DNA of 64,000 nt from assembly GCA_041660185.1 (NCBI GenBank), contig JBAZWU010000004.1:96878-160877 (forward strand). Reading direction: 5' to 3'. The notes beneath the pieces are model-generated. The model was given only the letters and a program-made list of their open reading frames with translations, had not been told where the DNA came from and made no database searches. This stretch comes from Elusimicrobiota bacterium. Lineage in GTDB: Bacteria; Elusimicrobiota; Elusimicrobia; 2-01-FULL-59-12. The stretch's first letter is position 1, and each line of letters opens with the position of its first letter. The translations under genes were made by a program, and so were the position numbers. Positions 38,081-48,178 of this stretch are shown one piece after another.

Positions 38081-39259
38081 ATGATCATTTCATGTGCCTT
38101 CCCCGTTATGGCGGTTGAGGTGAAACCCGTCGTCAACGCCCAACTTCTGGGCGGCCAGTATTTCTACAACGGTTCAGACAATGCGTTTGGTGCGGTGGCA
38201 TCGCTTTCAGCGGCTCCTTATATGCAGTTTAACGATCGGTGGAGCCTGGTCCCGCTTTACAGCGGTTCCTATAAAGGGACCAAGCAAGTCACCGACCTGG
38301 TGGGCGGGGGAACCCTGTTCCAGGAATCACAGGACCATACCGGCTCGCTCAAAGCCATCCGGTCATTTGCCAATGGCCTCAAGCTCAAGGCGGTGGGCGC
38401 CTATGGCGCGGAATTCCTGCGAGAGACCGTCGACGAAAAGTGGGGGAAGGGTCTTTATGATAACCGCCGCCTTTCGGGTGGAGCAGAGAGCGAGTGGTCC
38501 TGGGATAAAGAACGGTATGTCCGGTTGGCCTATGACTATTACACGATTCGATTTCCAAACTACGCCAGCCTGGAATCCCAGGGATCGTCGATGGGATTAG
38601 GCCGGGAGCTCAATGCCCCCGACGTGCTGGACAATAAGAACCATGCGCTGACTCTTGGAGGCCAGGCCGGCCTTCCCGGCAATGGATTTGCGGAGGCGGC
38701 GTTCAGCCAGACCTGGCGCCGTTTCGGTTCCCAGCACCTCGTGGACCTCTCGGGCGATCTGATTTCCGAGCTTCGCGGCGATCAGATCCAGACCGCTTCT
38801 CTCCAGGGAACCTGGCCCGTTTTACTGGATTCCAATTTGAAACTCTTTACGAGCGTTGGCTACAGCCGGAGCCGTGTTTATTCGAATCAGAACCACTACG
38901 ATGCGCAAAAGGTGGTATTTAACCCCAATTACTATGCCTATATCCAGCAGTCGATCTCAAACCAATGGACCTTGGCGGTCGGCGAGGATCCTTGGACGAT
39001 CGGCTTGAACTGGACGGTGTCCCGTCAAAAATATGCGGACCGGTTGACCCAGGATGCGTTGGGAAATTATGAAACGGGTCGCACGCGTGTCGATGGGGCC
39101 AGTATCGGTTTGCAGTTTGCCTATCCGATTGCGGCGGGGTTCCGGCTAAACGCCTTGACTCAACTGGGGTGGAGCGACTCCAACAATCACAACAACCAGG
39201 TCTATCAGTACCACTACAACACCCAGACCTATTTGATGGGATTCAGCTATGCCTATTAA
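38081..39259 (+). CDS. outer-membrane beta-barrel protein
   Basis: Signal peptide MIISCAFPVMA, C-terminal GFSYAY aromatic terminus. The track start at 37979 translates the REP. Confidence 0.6.
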   Translation: MIISCAFPVMAVEVKPVVNAQLLGGQYFYNGSDNAFGAVASLSAAPYMQFNDRWSLVPLYSGSYKGTKQVTDLVGGGTLFQESQDHTGSLKAIRSFANGLKLKAVGAYGAEFLRETVDEKWGKGLYDNRRLSGGAESEWSWDKERYVRLAYDYYTIRFPNYASLESQGSSMGLGRELNAPDVLDNKNHALTLGGQAGLPGNGFAEAAFSQTWRRFGSQHLVDLSGDLISELRGDQIQTASLQGTWPVLLDSNLKLFTSVGYSRSRVYSNQNHYDAQKVVFNPNYYAYIQQSISNQWTLAVGEDPWTIGLNWTVSRQKYADRLTQDALGNYETGRTRVDGASIGLQFAYPIAAGFRLNALTQLGWSDSNNHNNQVYQYHYNTQTYLMGFSYAY

Positions 39260-42200
39260 GTTGAAAAAAGGATTAGTTACCTTCTTTTTCGCGCTGACGG
39301 CGCTCTCGTCCGCTTATGCGAGTTCCGGTGTCGGAACCGCCACGGTGGTTCCGGCCAATGCAACGGGCGGGAGTGTGCTCACCGCCACCGTCACCTATAC
39401 GGTCCCGGCGGGAGGTATAGCTGTCGGTGGCAAGGTGGAAGTCGTCCTGCCATTGGGTTGGTACCCGTATCCGCAGACCACGGATTCGCTGATGGATGGC
39501 TACACCACGATCGCCACAACGGCTTCGGCCTCCTTAACACTGACTGTTTTGACGTCGTCGCCGGTGGCGGTGGCGAGAGTTGTGAGCGGTTCGGTCCCCC
39601 CGGCCACCCAGCTGGCCTTTCTCTTTAACCGCATCCATCCCACTTGTCCGATGCCGGGTCAAACACAGACCGCCTGGACCGTAAAGAGCGCCATGGCGTC
39701 CACGGATACGCTTTCCGAAATAGCCAGCCAGCCGATTCACAATTTTGTTGGCGGTTCCGCTCAATGGATCAGTTACTCCCAGTGGGATCAGGTCATGGTC
39801 GCGGCCAATCAGCCTTCTTCGGCTCTCGTCCTTCAGGCCTGGGACAATTGCGGAAAGCCGGCGGCGTTGGACTCGGAGTTGACCGTCAACCTGTCCGGGT
39901 TGGCCCGGGATATGAATACGTATATGGATGCCACCGATACGGGAGCACAGTTCGCCGCCACGTCCGGTTTTGCCGCCGCTATCACCTCGGCCACCATCCC
40001 GGCGCTCAGTAATTCGGCAACCTTTTATTACAGGACGTCAACGGTTGGCAGTAATCTCTGGATTCGCGGCGATTATTTGAATCCGCAGGGAGGATGGCCT
40101 CAGCAGCTCTGGCGGTCCGTCACCTCGCTGGCGGCGGCGCCTTCCCTGGGCAGTCCCTCGGTGGATTCCGGGGCGGCGGTTCCCGGGCAGAAGACCCTCA
40201 CATTGAGCCCTGACGGCAGCGGCACCAACAACGGGGTGTATATCCGGTTCTCCCCGTCCGATTCCCAGTTGATGTGGCGTGTCCAGATCTCCAGTAACGG
40301 ATTTCAGACCAATGTTTTCGAGCGATCGGGCAACGGAGATCCAAACAGCACCCTCTATTGGGATGGCCGGGACTATATGTATTCCAATCGCATCGTCCCG
40401 AACGGAACCTATACCGTTCGAATTGAAATCCCCGGGTTGATCATCGACACATCATTGTCGATCACGGTGCAGACCTCCCAAATTTCGGGAACCGTTACCG
40501 TCGGCGGAACGCCGGTCTCGGGGGCGAACGTGTATGCCCAGGGCGCCAACACCCCCGGATACAGCTTCACCACGACAGACGGCAACGGGAATTATGTGCT
40601 TCCCGGGCTGCGGGCCGGCTATCAATACAACCTGTATGCCAATTACATGACAGCGGCTCAGGCCCTGGTGGCCGGACAGCTGAATAATATAGCGGCTCCG
40701 GCGACAGGGCAGAATTTTGCTCTTTCAACGCCGGCGATTTTCCGGATCAATGCCGTGGCGTCCAGTTCCCGCTCGGTTTCCAGTTACGGGTATCTGAATA
40801 TCCACCCGGCCGATTACACCCGGAACTACTCCGGCAATGTGCGGCTTTTGGCCGGCACCATGACGTCGGACAACGGCGATTCCTTCAGCCCCTCCAGTTG
40901 GACCCTGGTGGCGGTCGAACCGGGAACGTACGTCATCCGTCTTAATATCGACGGGTTTGGAGCGGACGAGGTCACGCAGACGGTTTCCACCGGACAGACC
41001 GCTGACGTCATCCTCCCGTTGACGACCAAGGCTTCCCTGTATGGCAGGGTCCAGTTCCCGGCGGCGCTGACGGAATCCGCCTGGGTTTCCGTGGACGGCA
41101 CGAAACAGGGAAATAGTTATTCCACGGTCTGGGGCGGCGCCTATCTGGAGGCCGGGCAGTCCAGCGGCATATTCTCAATTTTCGGGGTGGATACCGGCGT
41201 CTATGCTTTCCGCGCCCGCACATCCGGATATGCCTCGGCCGTATTGAACAATGTGACCGTTCCTTCTACGGGTATCGGAAATCCCGCCACCGGGGGCCTG
41301 GATTTCCCTGAATTTTCTCAGGGAGGCCATATCACCGGGACCCTGGCCATTAATGGAGACACCTCGGAGTGGAGTTCGTTGAATGTGTGGCTCAGCGCGT
41401 ATTCTCAAGCCCTGGGTCAAAATGAATTTACGCAAGTTTCGCTCACCACCACAACGACGACGACCTCAGCGACCTACTTCATCCGGGGGCTTGCCGATGG
41501 AGCGTACGTCGTTTATCCGCCCTATTTGCAGGGATTTCAGCCGCCGTCCTGGGGACCGCAGTCGGTCACCGTGTCCGGAGGGGTCGGTAATTTAAATTTG
41601 ACGCTCACGCGCAACAGTGCGGCGCTGGCGGGGTCTGTGACGCTTCCAGCCGGGCAGACCGATTACTCGAATGTCCATCTGTCCCTGAACGGGCCTCAAT
41701 CGCAAGAGGTGGATTTGACCTCGGGACCGTCGTATACGGTCAGTCACTTGTCGCCGGGTTTCTATTCGCTCACCGCCACTTATAGAACCACGGGCGCACA
41801 GATTCGCACGAACTTCCCGGTGGCCAATGGCCAAACCGTCACGCAAAACCTGAATTTGAGCGCCGCGACGCGCCGCATTTCCGGAACCATTTCCATCCAA
41901 AGCGCCTTTTCCGTCCGCGGATCCAGCGGGAGCCTGGTCTCCATTAATACGATTGCCGATCTTCTCTCCAATGCCACGAACCAGACGCTCTATATCGGGG
42001 GCTATAGCGGGACCTCCGTGGTTTCGACATCGACGGCGCGCGTGGAAGCTTTCCCGAAAACCTTTTACTCGTATAACGAGAATAACCGGACCGGTTTCAG
42101 TAATTATTTCTCCGTCGGCGGATATAACTATGGGGTGATCGACTCCAGCGGGAATTACTCGATCCCGGGCCTTTCCGCCGGATTGTGGGAAGTGAATGTG

Positions 42201-45143
42201 TATCCCTATATCGACGGGGGACTGACGGCCAATGTAGCCACGCTCAAGCGGGTGCTGACGGTTTCTAACAGCGATGTGAGCGGCATTGATTTTCCGCTCA
42301 GCAGCGGCTATTCCGTTGCCGGGACCATCAGCCTTCCTTCCGGTGTGACGGATGCCCGTCCCTTCAAGGTGCAGGTCTTAAGCACCCGGGGCGACTTGAT
42401 CCAATCGACGCAGATCAATGTGGGCGTGGCAGGAACCCCGGCTTCTTCGGCGGCTTATGAAATAACCAGCCTGCCGTCCGGGAACTACACCCTGCTCGTT
42501 CAGGACTATGACACCTATGACATGAATCTCATGCAGAACGTCGTCAAGTATGTGTCCAGGCCGGTCCCGTTCACCATTGCCTCGGCAAACAAGGCGGGGG
42601 TGGATGTTACCCTGGGAAGGGCCGCCAGCCTGATCGGCCGGATTGGAATTGAAGGCAGCAATACCGACGGCACGCCGAATATTACAGTGATCACGTCCAG
42701 CAATACCAATCTTCTTCCCAGCAACTTCAGCATTTATACCCGTACCGATCCCTGGGTTCCCGGAGGCGAGGGAAATGCACTCTATGGGAATAACGGGAAG
42801 ATCGCTTTTGACTCGAACAATCAATTCCGCGTCAACGGACTGGTCCCCGGAACGTACAACGTTTACTTTAAGCAGGATTCCTACAGCCTGTCTGTTCAAG
42901 GAGCGGGCAGTATGAATCTGGCGGCTTACACGAAAGGATCGGTGGTGGTGGCCGAAGGCCAGACCGTGGATCTGGGCACGATTTCCTTGAAGCAGGGCCT
43001 TTCCTTATCGGGTACGGTGACCGATCAGAGCGGTACCGCGCTGGGCAATATTACGGTGCGGGCGGAGCCGTCCACGGATCAGCACGGAGATAACAACACC
43101 GAGACGTATACCGATGCGGCCGGACGCTTCACGCTGACCGGGTTGGATCCGAGCAAGCGCATTTACAACATTATCGCGGCGCCGCGCCCCTATCCCAGCG
43201 AACAAAAAACACCATTTTCATATGGAGCCGTTGTGAAAAAAGCGGTGGATGTCACCCTGATTCCGTCTCCGGCATTGGCTTTTGTTCTTCCTCCCGCCAC
43301 GGCGTCGTTCGCGGGCCGGGTTCGCACCGTCGATGATGGGGCCTTCTCCTACCCCGACGGGGATAAGGAAATGGGGTTCCCGGTGGCCGCGGTCTACCTG
43401 CATTTGCAGGGGGCGGCCGAGGACGATAACCCGATGGGCTGGAGCAACGCGACCGGTTTAGACGGGAACTTTTCGATTCCCAACATCGTTGCCGGCACCT
43501 ACGACATCACCGTGATGTCCCTCGGCTACCGGCCGCTCAAGTTGACCGGCGTGATCCTGTCCCGTGGGGTGGCCAGGGATCTGGGAACGCTCACGCTGCA
43601 GAAAGGACCGCAGCTGACGGTCACGCTGGCCAAACCGGATGGCACCAGCGTCAATACCAATGATATACGCATGGCCGTGGCGGTCACTCCGGATATGTCG
43701 AGCCTCATTTTTAGCCAGATCGACAGCGACGCCAACACCGGGGATATCCGGTTCATCAAATTTGGCGGTTTCGAATTGAGCCCCAAGACCTACAACATTC
43801 TCTTCTTTGATAACCAGGACAACATGAGCTCGCCGGTCGATGGACGCGGTATTGTCTTTTCCGCGAACACGGATGTGCTCTCCAAAGCGATAACCCTCCA
43901 GCCTTCGGCTCCGTTCGCGTATGCCCATGTGAAAAAGTCAGGGAATGCTTTCAGCATCACCTATTACCTCAGCCGTCCGCTTCGAAGTCGCGGAGACGAC
44001 CAGGACGCGACGCAGTGGATGAATCTGCTGTCCGGAGCCGGAACGCTTTCCGGACATTCTCTCAGCGGAGACCGCCGGGAATTTACCGTTCTCTATACGC
44101 CGGCGCCCAGAGAGCAAAACGCCCGGATCCGCTTCCGCGCCAACAGTGTGGACATCGATCCCAGCACCGGCGTGGAGTACCTGTTGAGCAAAACCATCAC
44201 GTTGCTCCTGGGCCACAAATCCATGGTGGAAAGCAACATTAATTCGGCTTTAGGCGGCAGCCTTTCACTGGTCACGGACGACGACCCCTCCACTATCGCT
44301 ATCCCGTCGAACGCCCTTCGGACCAGTACCGGAGCGGCCGTGGATTCCGGAACCTCCTACGCCTTTTCCTTTACCGCCACAGATGATGAAACATCCCTCA
44401 GCAGCAGCGGGCGCGCCGGGATGCGTAGCGCCGCTCTCGGAAGCTTAATGGCTCGGGGTTCAGGCGCCTTTGTTTCAGAGGCCTATGCGGCGATGGGCGC
44501 GGCCCGTGCGAGCGCGGCAATCAATCCGCTGAGCTCTTTCTATTCCGTCCTGCTGCCGGCGGGGTTGTCCCACACATTGAATCAAACCGCCTATTTAACG
44601 CTCAGCTACGATTCGTCGGCGGACCCGAATCTAATCAATATCTATTACTTTGACGGGACCCGGTATCTGCTGGAATCCAATCAGCGTTCGGTCGATCTGG
44701 TGAACCGTACGATTACCGTCGGGGTAAGCCACTTCTCGACGTTTGTCGTCCTGGAAAACAGCGCGCCGATCGTTGTGGTGGACGGGGACAGCGCTTCCGG
44801 CGGAGAAATCGAAGTGTTTAACTTCCCGAATCCTTTTGATTTGCAGACCAAAATCAAAACGCTGACCCACGGCGGAACAACTACCTCGCTGAGCACGGAC
44901 GGAACCATCATCCGGTACAAGTTCCCGGCTTCCAAGGCGGGTTCCGCGTCGATAGATATTTATGACGTGGCAGGGCAGAAGGTCCGCTCGATCAGTTTGG
45001 GCGCGCCCACCGCGGATGTTTACCACTATGTGGCTTGGGACGGCCGGAACGATGCCGGCAATAAAGTGGCCAGCGGCGTCTACATCGGGATATTGAAAGT
45101 CGGCGGGGAGAAGAAATTCTGGAAGATGGCGGTCATTAAATGA
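39249..45143 (+). CDS. giant (1964 aa) cell-surface protein with repeated carboxypeptidase-regulatory-like/Ig-like domains and a T9SS-type C-terminal sorting domain
   Basis: Signal peptide, many GT(V/I)TD..G...(A/V)-type beta-sandwich repeats. The C-terminus NFPNPFD...IDIYDVAGQKV...SGVYIGILKVGG matches Por_Secre_tail/FlgD-Ig. Confidence 0.8.
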   Translation: MPIKLKKGLVTFFFALTALSSAYASSGVGTATVVPANATGGSVLTATVTYTVPAGGIAVGGKVEVVLPLGWYPYPQTTDSLMDGYTTIATTASASLTLTVLTSSPVAVARVVSGSVPPATQLAFLFNRIHPTCPMPGQTQTAWTVKSAMASTDTLSEIASQPIHNFVGGSAQWISYSQWDQVMVAANQPSSALVLQAWDNCGKPAALDSELTVNLSGLARDMNTYMDATDTGAQFAATSGFAAAITSATIPALSNSATFYYRTSTVGSNLWIRGDYLNPQGGWPQQLWRSVTSLAAAPSLGSPSVDSGAAVPGQKTLTLSPDGSGTNNGVYIRFSPSDSQLMWRVQISSNGFQTNVFERSGNGDPNSTLYWDGRDYMYSNRIVPNGTYTVRIEIPGLIIDTSLSITVQTSQISGTVTVGGTPVSGANVYAQGANTPGYSFTTTDGNGNYVLPGLRAGYQYNLYANYMTAAQALVAGQLNNIAAPATGQNFALSTPAIFRINAVASSSRSVSSYGYLNIHPADYTRNYSGNVRLLAGTMTSDNGDSFSPSSWTLVAVEPGTYVIRLNIDGFGADEVTQTVSTGQTADVILPLTTKASLYGRVQFPAALTESAWVSVDGTKQGNSYSTVWGGAYLEAGQSSGIFSIFGVDTGVYAFRARTSGYASAVLNNVTVPSTGIGNPATGGLDFPEFSQGGHITGTLAINGDTSEWSSLNVWLSAYSQALGQNEFTQVSLTTTTTTTSATYFIRGLADGAYVVYPPYLQGFQPPSWGPQSVTVSGGVGNLNLTLTRNSAALAGSVTLPAGQTDYSNVHLSLNGPQSQEVDLTSGPSYTVSHLSPGFYSLTATYRTTGAQIRTNFPVANGQTVTQNLNLSAATRRISGTISIQSAFSVRGSSGSLVSINTIADLLSNATNQTLYIGGYSGTSVVSTSTARVEAFPKTFYSYNENNRTGFSNYFSVGGYNYGVIDSSGNYSIPGLSAGLWEVNVYPYIDGGLTANVATLKRVLTVSNSDVSGIDFPLSSGYSVAGTISLPSGVTDARPFKVQVLSTRGDLIQSTQINVGVAGTPASSAAYEITSLPSGNYTLLVQDYDTYDMNLMQNVVKYVSRPVPFTIASANKAGVDVTLGRAASLIGRIGIEGSNTDGTPNITVITSSNTNLLPSNFSIYTRTDPWVPGGEGNALYGNNGKIAFDSNNQFRVNGLVPGTYNVYFKQDSYSLSVQGAGSMNLAAYTKGSVVVAEGQTVDLGTISLKQGLSLSGTVTDQSGTALGNITVRAEPSTDQHGDNNTETYTDAAGRFTLTGLDPSKRIYNIIAAPRPYPSEQKTPFSYGAVVKKAVDVTLIPSPALAFVLPPATASFAGRVRTVDDGAFSYPDGDKEMGFPVAAVYLHLQGAAEDDNPMGWSNATGLDGNFSIPNIVAGTYDITVMSLGYRPLKLTGVILSRGVARDLGTLTLQKGPQLTVTLAKPDGTSVNTNDIRMAVAVTPDMSSLIFSQIDSDANTGDIRFIKFGGFELSPKTYNILFFDNQDNMSSPVDGRGIVFSANTDVLSKAITLQPSAPFAYAHVKKSGNAFSITYYLSRPLRSRGDDQDATQWMNLLSGAGTLSGHSLSGDRREFTVLYTPAPREQNARIRFRANSVDIDPSTGVEYLLSKTITLLLGHKSMVESNINSALGGSLSLVTDDDPSTIAIPSNALRTSTGAAVDSGTSYAFSFTATDDETSLSSSGRAGMRSAALGSLMARGSGAFVSEAYAAMGAARASAAINPLSSFYSVLLPAGLSHTLNQTAYLTLSYDSSADPNLINIYYFDGTRYLLESNQRSVDLVNRTITVGVSHFSTFVVLENSAPIVVVDGDSASGGEIEVFNFPNPFDLQTKIKTLTHGGTTTSLSTDGTIIRYKFPASKAGSASIDIYDVAGQKVRSISLGAPTADVYHYVAWDGRNDAGNKVASGVYIGILKVGGEKKFWKMAVIK

Positions 45144-45176
45144 TCAGGGGAATGGTATCGGCCATCCATCGGATTT

Positions 45177-45240
45177 GTAGGGGCGCACCGCCTGTGCGCC
45201 CGCCATTGGATTGTCCGGGCGGACAGCGGTCCGCCCCTAC
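45177..45240. repeat. REP family 1 doublet
   Basis: Lies between the giant-protein stop and the PorV-like start. Confidence 0.8.
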
Positions 45241-45247
45241 AGTTCTC

Positions 45248-46222
45248 ATGTTCCTCATGTTATTCGTCGGATCTGCGGCCCTCGCCAACGACAACACCGG
45301 CACCTCCGGCGCTGTTTTCCTGAAGATCGGTCCGGGCGCCAGACCGGTAGCGATGGGCGAAGCCTACACAGGTGTGGCCGATGACATTCATTCCATCTAT
45401 TGGAACCCGGCCGGACTCGGGTTCTTAAAGCGTCCCGAGTTGACCGGCATGCACATGCAGTATTTCCAGGCGATCAAATACGAATTTGCGGCTTTCGCTT
45501 ACCCGACGGAGTCCCAAGGGACCTGGGGATTTGCCGTGACCAATCTGCATACGGACGACCTCGAGGCCCGAACAGAGGATACGGATGCGTCTCTGGGGCA
45601 GTTCAGCGCCAATGACAGCGCGTATTGGCTCAGCTACGCGTATCCGGTGTCTTCCAGGCTTTCGGTGGGCGCCAATCTGAAATATATCCGGCAGACGCTC
45701 AACGATGTTCAGGCCAATGCCTACGCGACAGACGGCGGTCTTCTGTATGACACGGCCTGGCATGACCTGCGCCTGGGCGCTTCGATGCAGAACCTCGGCA
45801 GCCGCGTGAAGTTCGTATCGGAGTCGGATCCGCTTCCCTTGACCTTCCGTCTCGGCGCCAGCGCTCCCGTTCCCCTCGTGAGCCGGAACCTGCGTCTGGC
45901 CTCGGATTTGATCATGCCGCGCGACCATGCCATGGGAGTGGCTGTCGGCGGGGAGTACACCGGCCGGTTAATGGACGGTCTGAGTTATCAGGTTCGTTCC
46001 GGTTACCGGACGGACAGCGACGTGGAGGGCTTGAGCGGTGTGGCGGCCGGCGGCGGATTGACCTTTGGACGCGTCAGCTTTGATTTCGCCTGGGTTCCCT
46101 TTGGAGAGCTGGGCAACACCTACCGCTACGCCATTCATATCAAGTTCGGCGCAGGAGACGTGGAAGCGCAACCCAACCTGCAGATGCAGAAAGCCCGGGC
46201 GGACGACCCGCTCATGCTATAA
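45248..46222 (+). CDS. PorV-like (UPF0164-like) outer-membrane beta-barrel
   Basis: N-terminal GTSGAVFLKIGPGARPVAMGEAYTGVADDIHSIYWNPAGL signature. The track start at 45140 translates the REP. Confidence 0.55.
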   Translation: MFLMLFVGSAALANDNTGTSGAVFLKIGPGARPVAMGEAYTGVADDIHSIYWNPAGLGFLKRPELTGMHMQYFQAIKYEFAAFAYPTESQGTWGFAVTNLHTDDLEARTEDTDASLGQFSANDSAYWLSYAYPVSSRLSVGANLKYIRQTLNDVQANAYATDGGLLYDTAWHDLRLGASMQNLGSRVKFVSESDPLPLTFRLGASAPVPLVSRNLRLASDLIMPRDHAMGVAVGGEYTGRLMDGLSYQVRSGYRTDSDVEGLSGVAAGGGLTFGRVSFDFAWVPFGELGNTYRYAIHIKFGAGDVEAQPNLQMQKARADDPLML

Positions 46223-46269
46223 TCTCTTCACTGCGACGTCATTCTCACCAATGGTGTCCGTAAACTCTT

Positions 46270-48102
46270 ATGACTAAACCGCGCCGGGCAGATGTTCGAA
46301 ATATCGCCATTATTGCGCACGTCGACCACGGGAAGACGACGTTGGTCGACGCCTTGCTCCAGCAGACCGGTGAATTCAAGGTCAAGCAGGATGCGGCCCA
46401 GGAAATGGTTCTGGACTCAAATGAGCTGGAACGCGAGCGCGGCATTACCATTTTGGCCAAATGCACTTCGGTCCCCTATAACGGAATCACCATCAACATC
46501 GTAGATACCCCCGGCCACGCGGATTTCGGCAGCGAGGTGGAGCGCATCCTGAAGATGGTGGACGGCGTGCTTCTGCTCGTGGACGCCAAAGACGGCCCCA
46601 TGCCGCAGACCCGGTTTGTTTTGAAGAAGTCGCTTGATCTGGGGCTTTGCCCGATTGTGGTCATCAATAAGATCGATGTGCCCGAGGCCGCTCCGGCGGA
46701 AGCGCTGAACCACACGTTCGACCTGTTCGTCAACCTTGGCGCGACCGATCCGCAGTTGGATTTTCCGATTATCTACGCGTCCGGCCGTCAGGGCTGGGCA
46801 ACGCTGGATTTGAAGACGCCTTCCAAAGACATGAAACCCCTGTTTGAAACCATCGTCAAACATGTCCCTCCGCCGCTGGCATTCGCGAATCAACCGCTTC
46901 AGATGCTGATCACCATGCTGGACTACAGCGATTTTGTCGGCCGCATCGGCATCGGACGCATCACCAGCGGATCCCTGACCAAGGGCCAGTCTGTAGTGCT
47001 CGTGCGTCCGGAAGGGAATGTTTCTTTCCGTGTGACCCAGCTGCAGAGTTTCTTTGGCCTGTCGCGACGGGATGTGGAAACCGCCCAGGCCGGGGACATC
47101 GTGGCGGTGGCCGGATGCGCGGACGTGACGGTGGGGCATACCTTTGCGTCGACGGAGAACCCGGTGGCGTTGCCGCCGCTGCAGATCGACGAACCAACCC
47201 TTTCCATGGATGTCCTGGTAAACGACAGCCCCTTTGCAGGGCAGGATGGGGTGTTTTTGACCACCCGCCAGCTTCGGGAACGTCTTCAGCGGGAGCAGGA
47301 AACGAACGTGGGCCTGCTCATTGAGGAAGTTGGAACCACCGGAGTATTTAAGGTGTCCGGGCGGGGGGAATTGCACCTCTCCATCCTCGTGGAGACCATG
47401 CGCCGTGAAGGATTTGAGCTGGCGGTGTCGCGGCCCGTGGTCATTTACAAAGAAGAAGACGGAAAGGTCCTGGAGCCGGCTGAATACCTGATCGTGGATG
47501 TCCATACCGATTATCAAGGCGCGGTACTGGAATCCCTTGGGCAGCGCGGTGCTGAGATGAAGAACATGGTGGTGGAGGGGACAGACCGGCTCCGGTTGGA
47601 GTATGTCATCACCGCCCGGGCGCTGATTGGATTTAAGAATGAACTTTTGACCCGCACGCGCGGCACCGGTATTATGCATCACAGTTTTTTCGGCTATATT
47701 CCTAAACAAGCGGAGATCTCCATCCGCCAGAATGGCGTCATGATCGCCAAGGAAGCGGGAGACACCACCGCGTATGCGCTTGAGAATCTTCAAGAGCGGG
47801 GCAAGCTGTTTATCGGCCCAACGGTGCCGGTTTACGAAGGCATGATCATCGGCGAGTATTCCCGCGACGTGGATGTGGTCGTCAACCCCTGCAAGAAAAA
47901 GCCGATGAGCAACATGCGGGCCTCCGGCTCGGACGATATGATCATGCTGACCCCGCACCGGACCCTGAGCCTGGAACAAGCCATCGAGTTTATCGGCCCG
48001 GACGAGCTGGTAGAAGTCACTCCCAGGAACCTCCGCCTGCGCAAAAAGCTCCGCGGATCCTCCAACCGCCGCAAAGCCGGCAGCACCGAAGCAGGAGCGT
48101 AA
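46270..48102 (+). CDS. typA: translational GTPase TypA/BipA
   Basis: G1 AHVDHGKTT, DTPGHADF, NKID, EF-G-like domains. Confidence 0.95.
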   Translation: MTKPRRADVRNIAIIAHVDHGKTTLVDALLQQTGEFKVKQDAAQEMVLDSNELERERGITILAKCTSVPYNGITINIVDTPGHADFGSEVERILKMVDGVLLLVDAKDGPMPQTRFVLKKSLDLGLCPIVVINKIDVPEAAPAEALNHTFDLFVNLGATDPQLDFPIIYASGRQGWATLDLKTPSKDMKPLFETIVKHVPPPLAFANQPLQMLITMLDYSDFVGRIGIGRITSGSLTKGQSVVLVRPEGNVSFRVTQLQSFFGLSRRDVETAQAGDIVAVAGCADVTVGHTFASTENPVALPPLQIDEPTLSMDVLVNDSPFAGQDGVFLTTRQLRERLQREQETNVGLLIEEVGTTGVFKVSGRGELHLSILVETMRREGFELAVSRPVVIYKEEDGKVLEPAEYLIVDVHTDYQGAVLESLGQRGAEMKNMVVEGTDRLRLEYVITARALIGFKNELLTRTRGTGIMHHSFFGYIPKQAEISIRQNGVMIAKEAGDTTAYALENLQERGKLFIGPTVPVYEGMIIGEYSRDVDVVVNPCKKKPMSNMRASGSDDMIMLTPHRTLSLEQAIEFIGPDELVEVTPRNLRLRKKLRGSSNRRKAGSTEAGA

Positions 48103-48108
48103 GGGCGC

Positions 48109-48139
48109 TAGGGGCTAGGGGACGTAGTTGCCTTGTTGC
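48109..48139. repeat. REP family 2 arm (TAGGGGCTAGGGGACGTAGTTGCC), left flank of the transposase
   Basis: Inverted relative to the arm at 49182-49207. Confidence 0.75.
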
Positions 48140-48178
48140 TTTCCCAGCGAATAAATCCACCCTAAAGCTATCTAAGAA

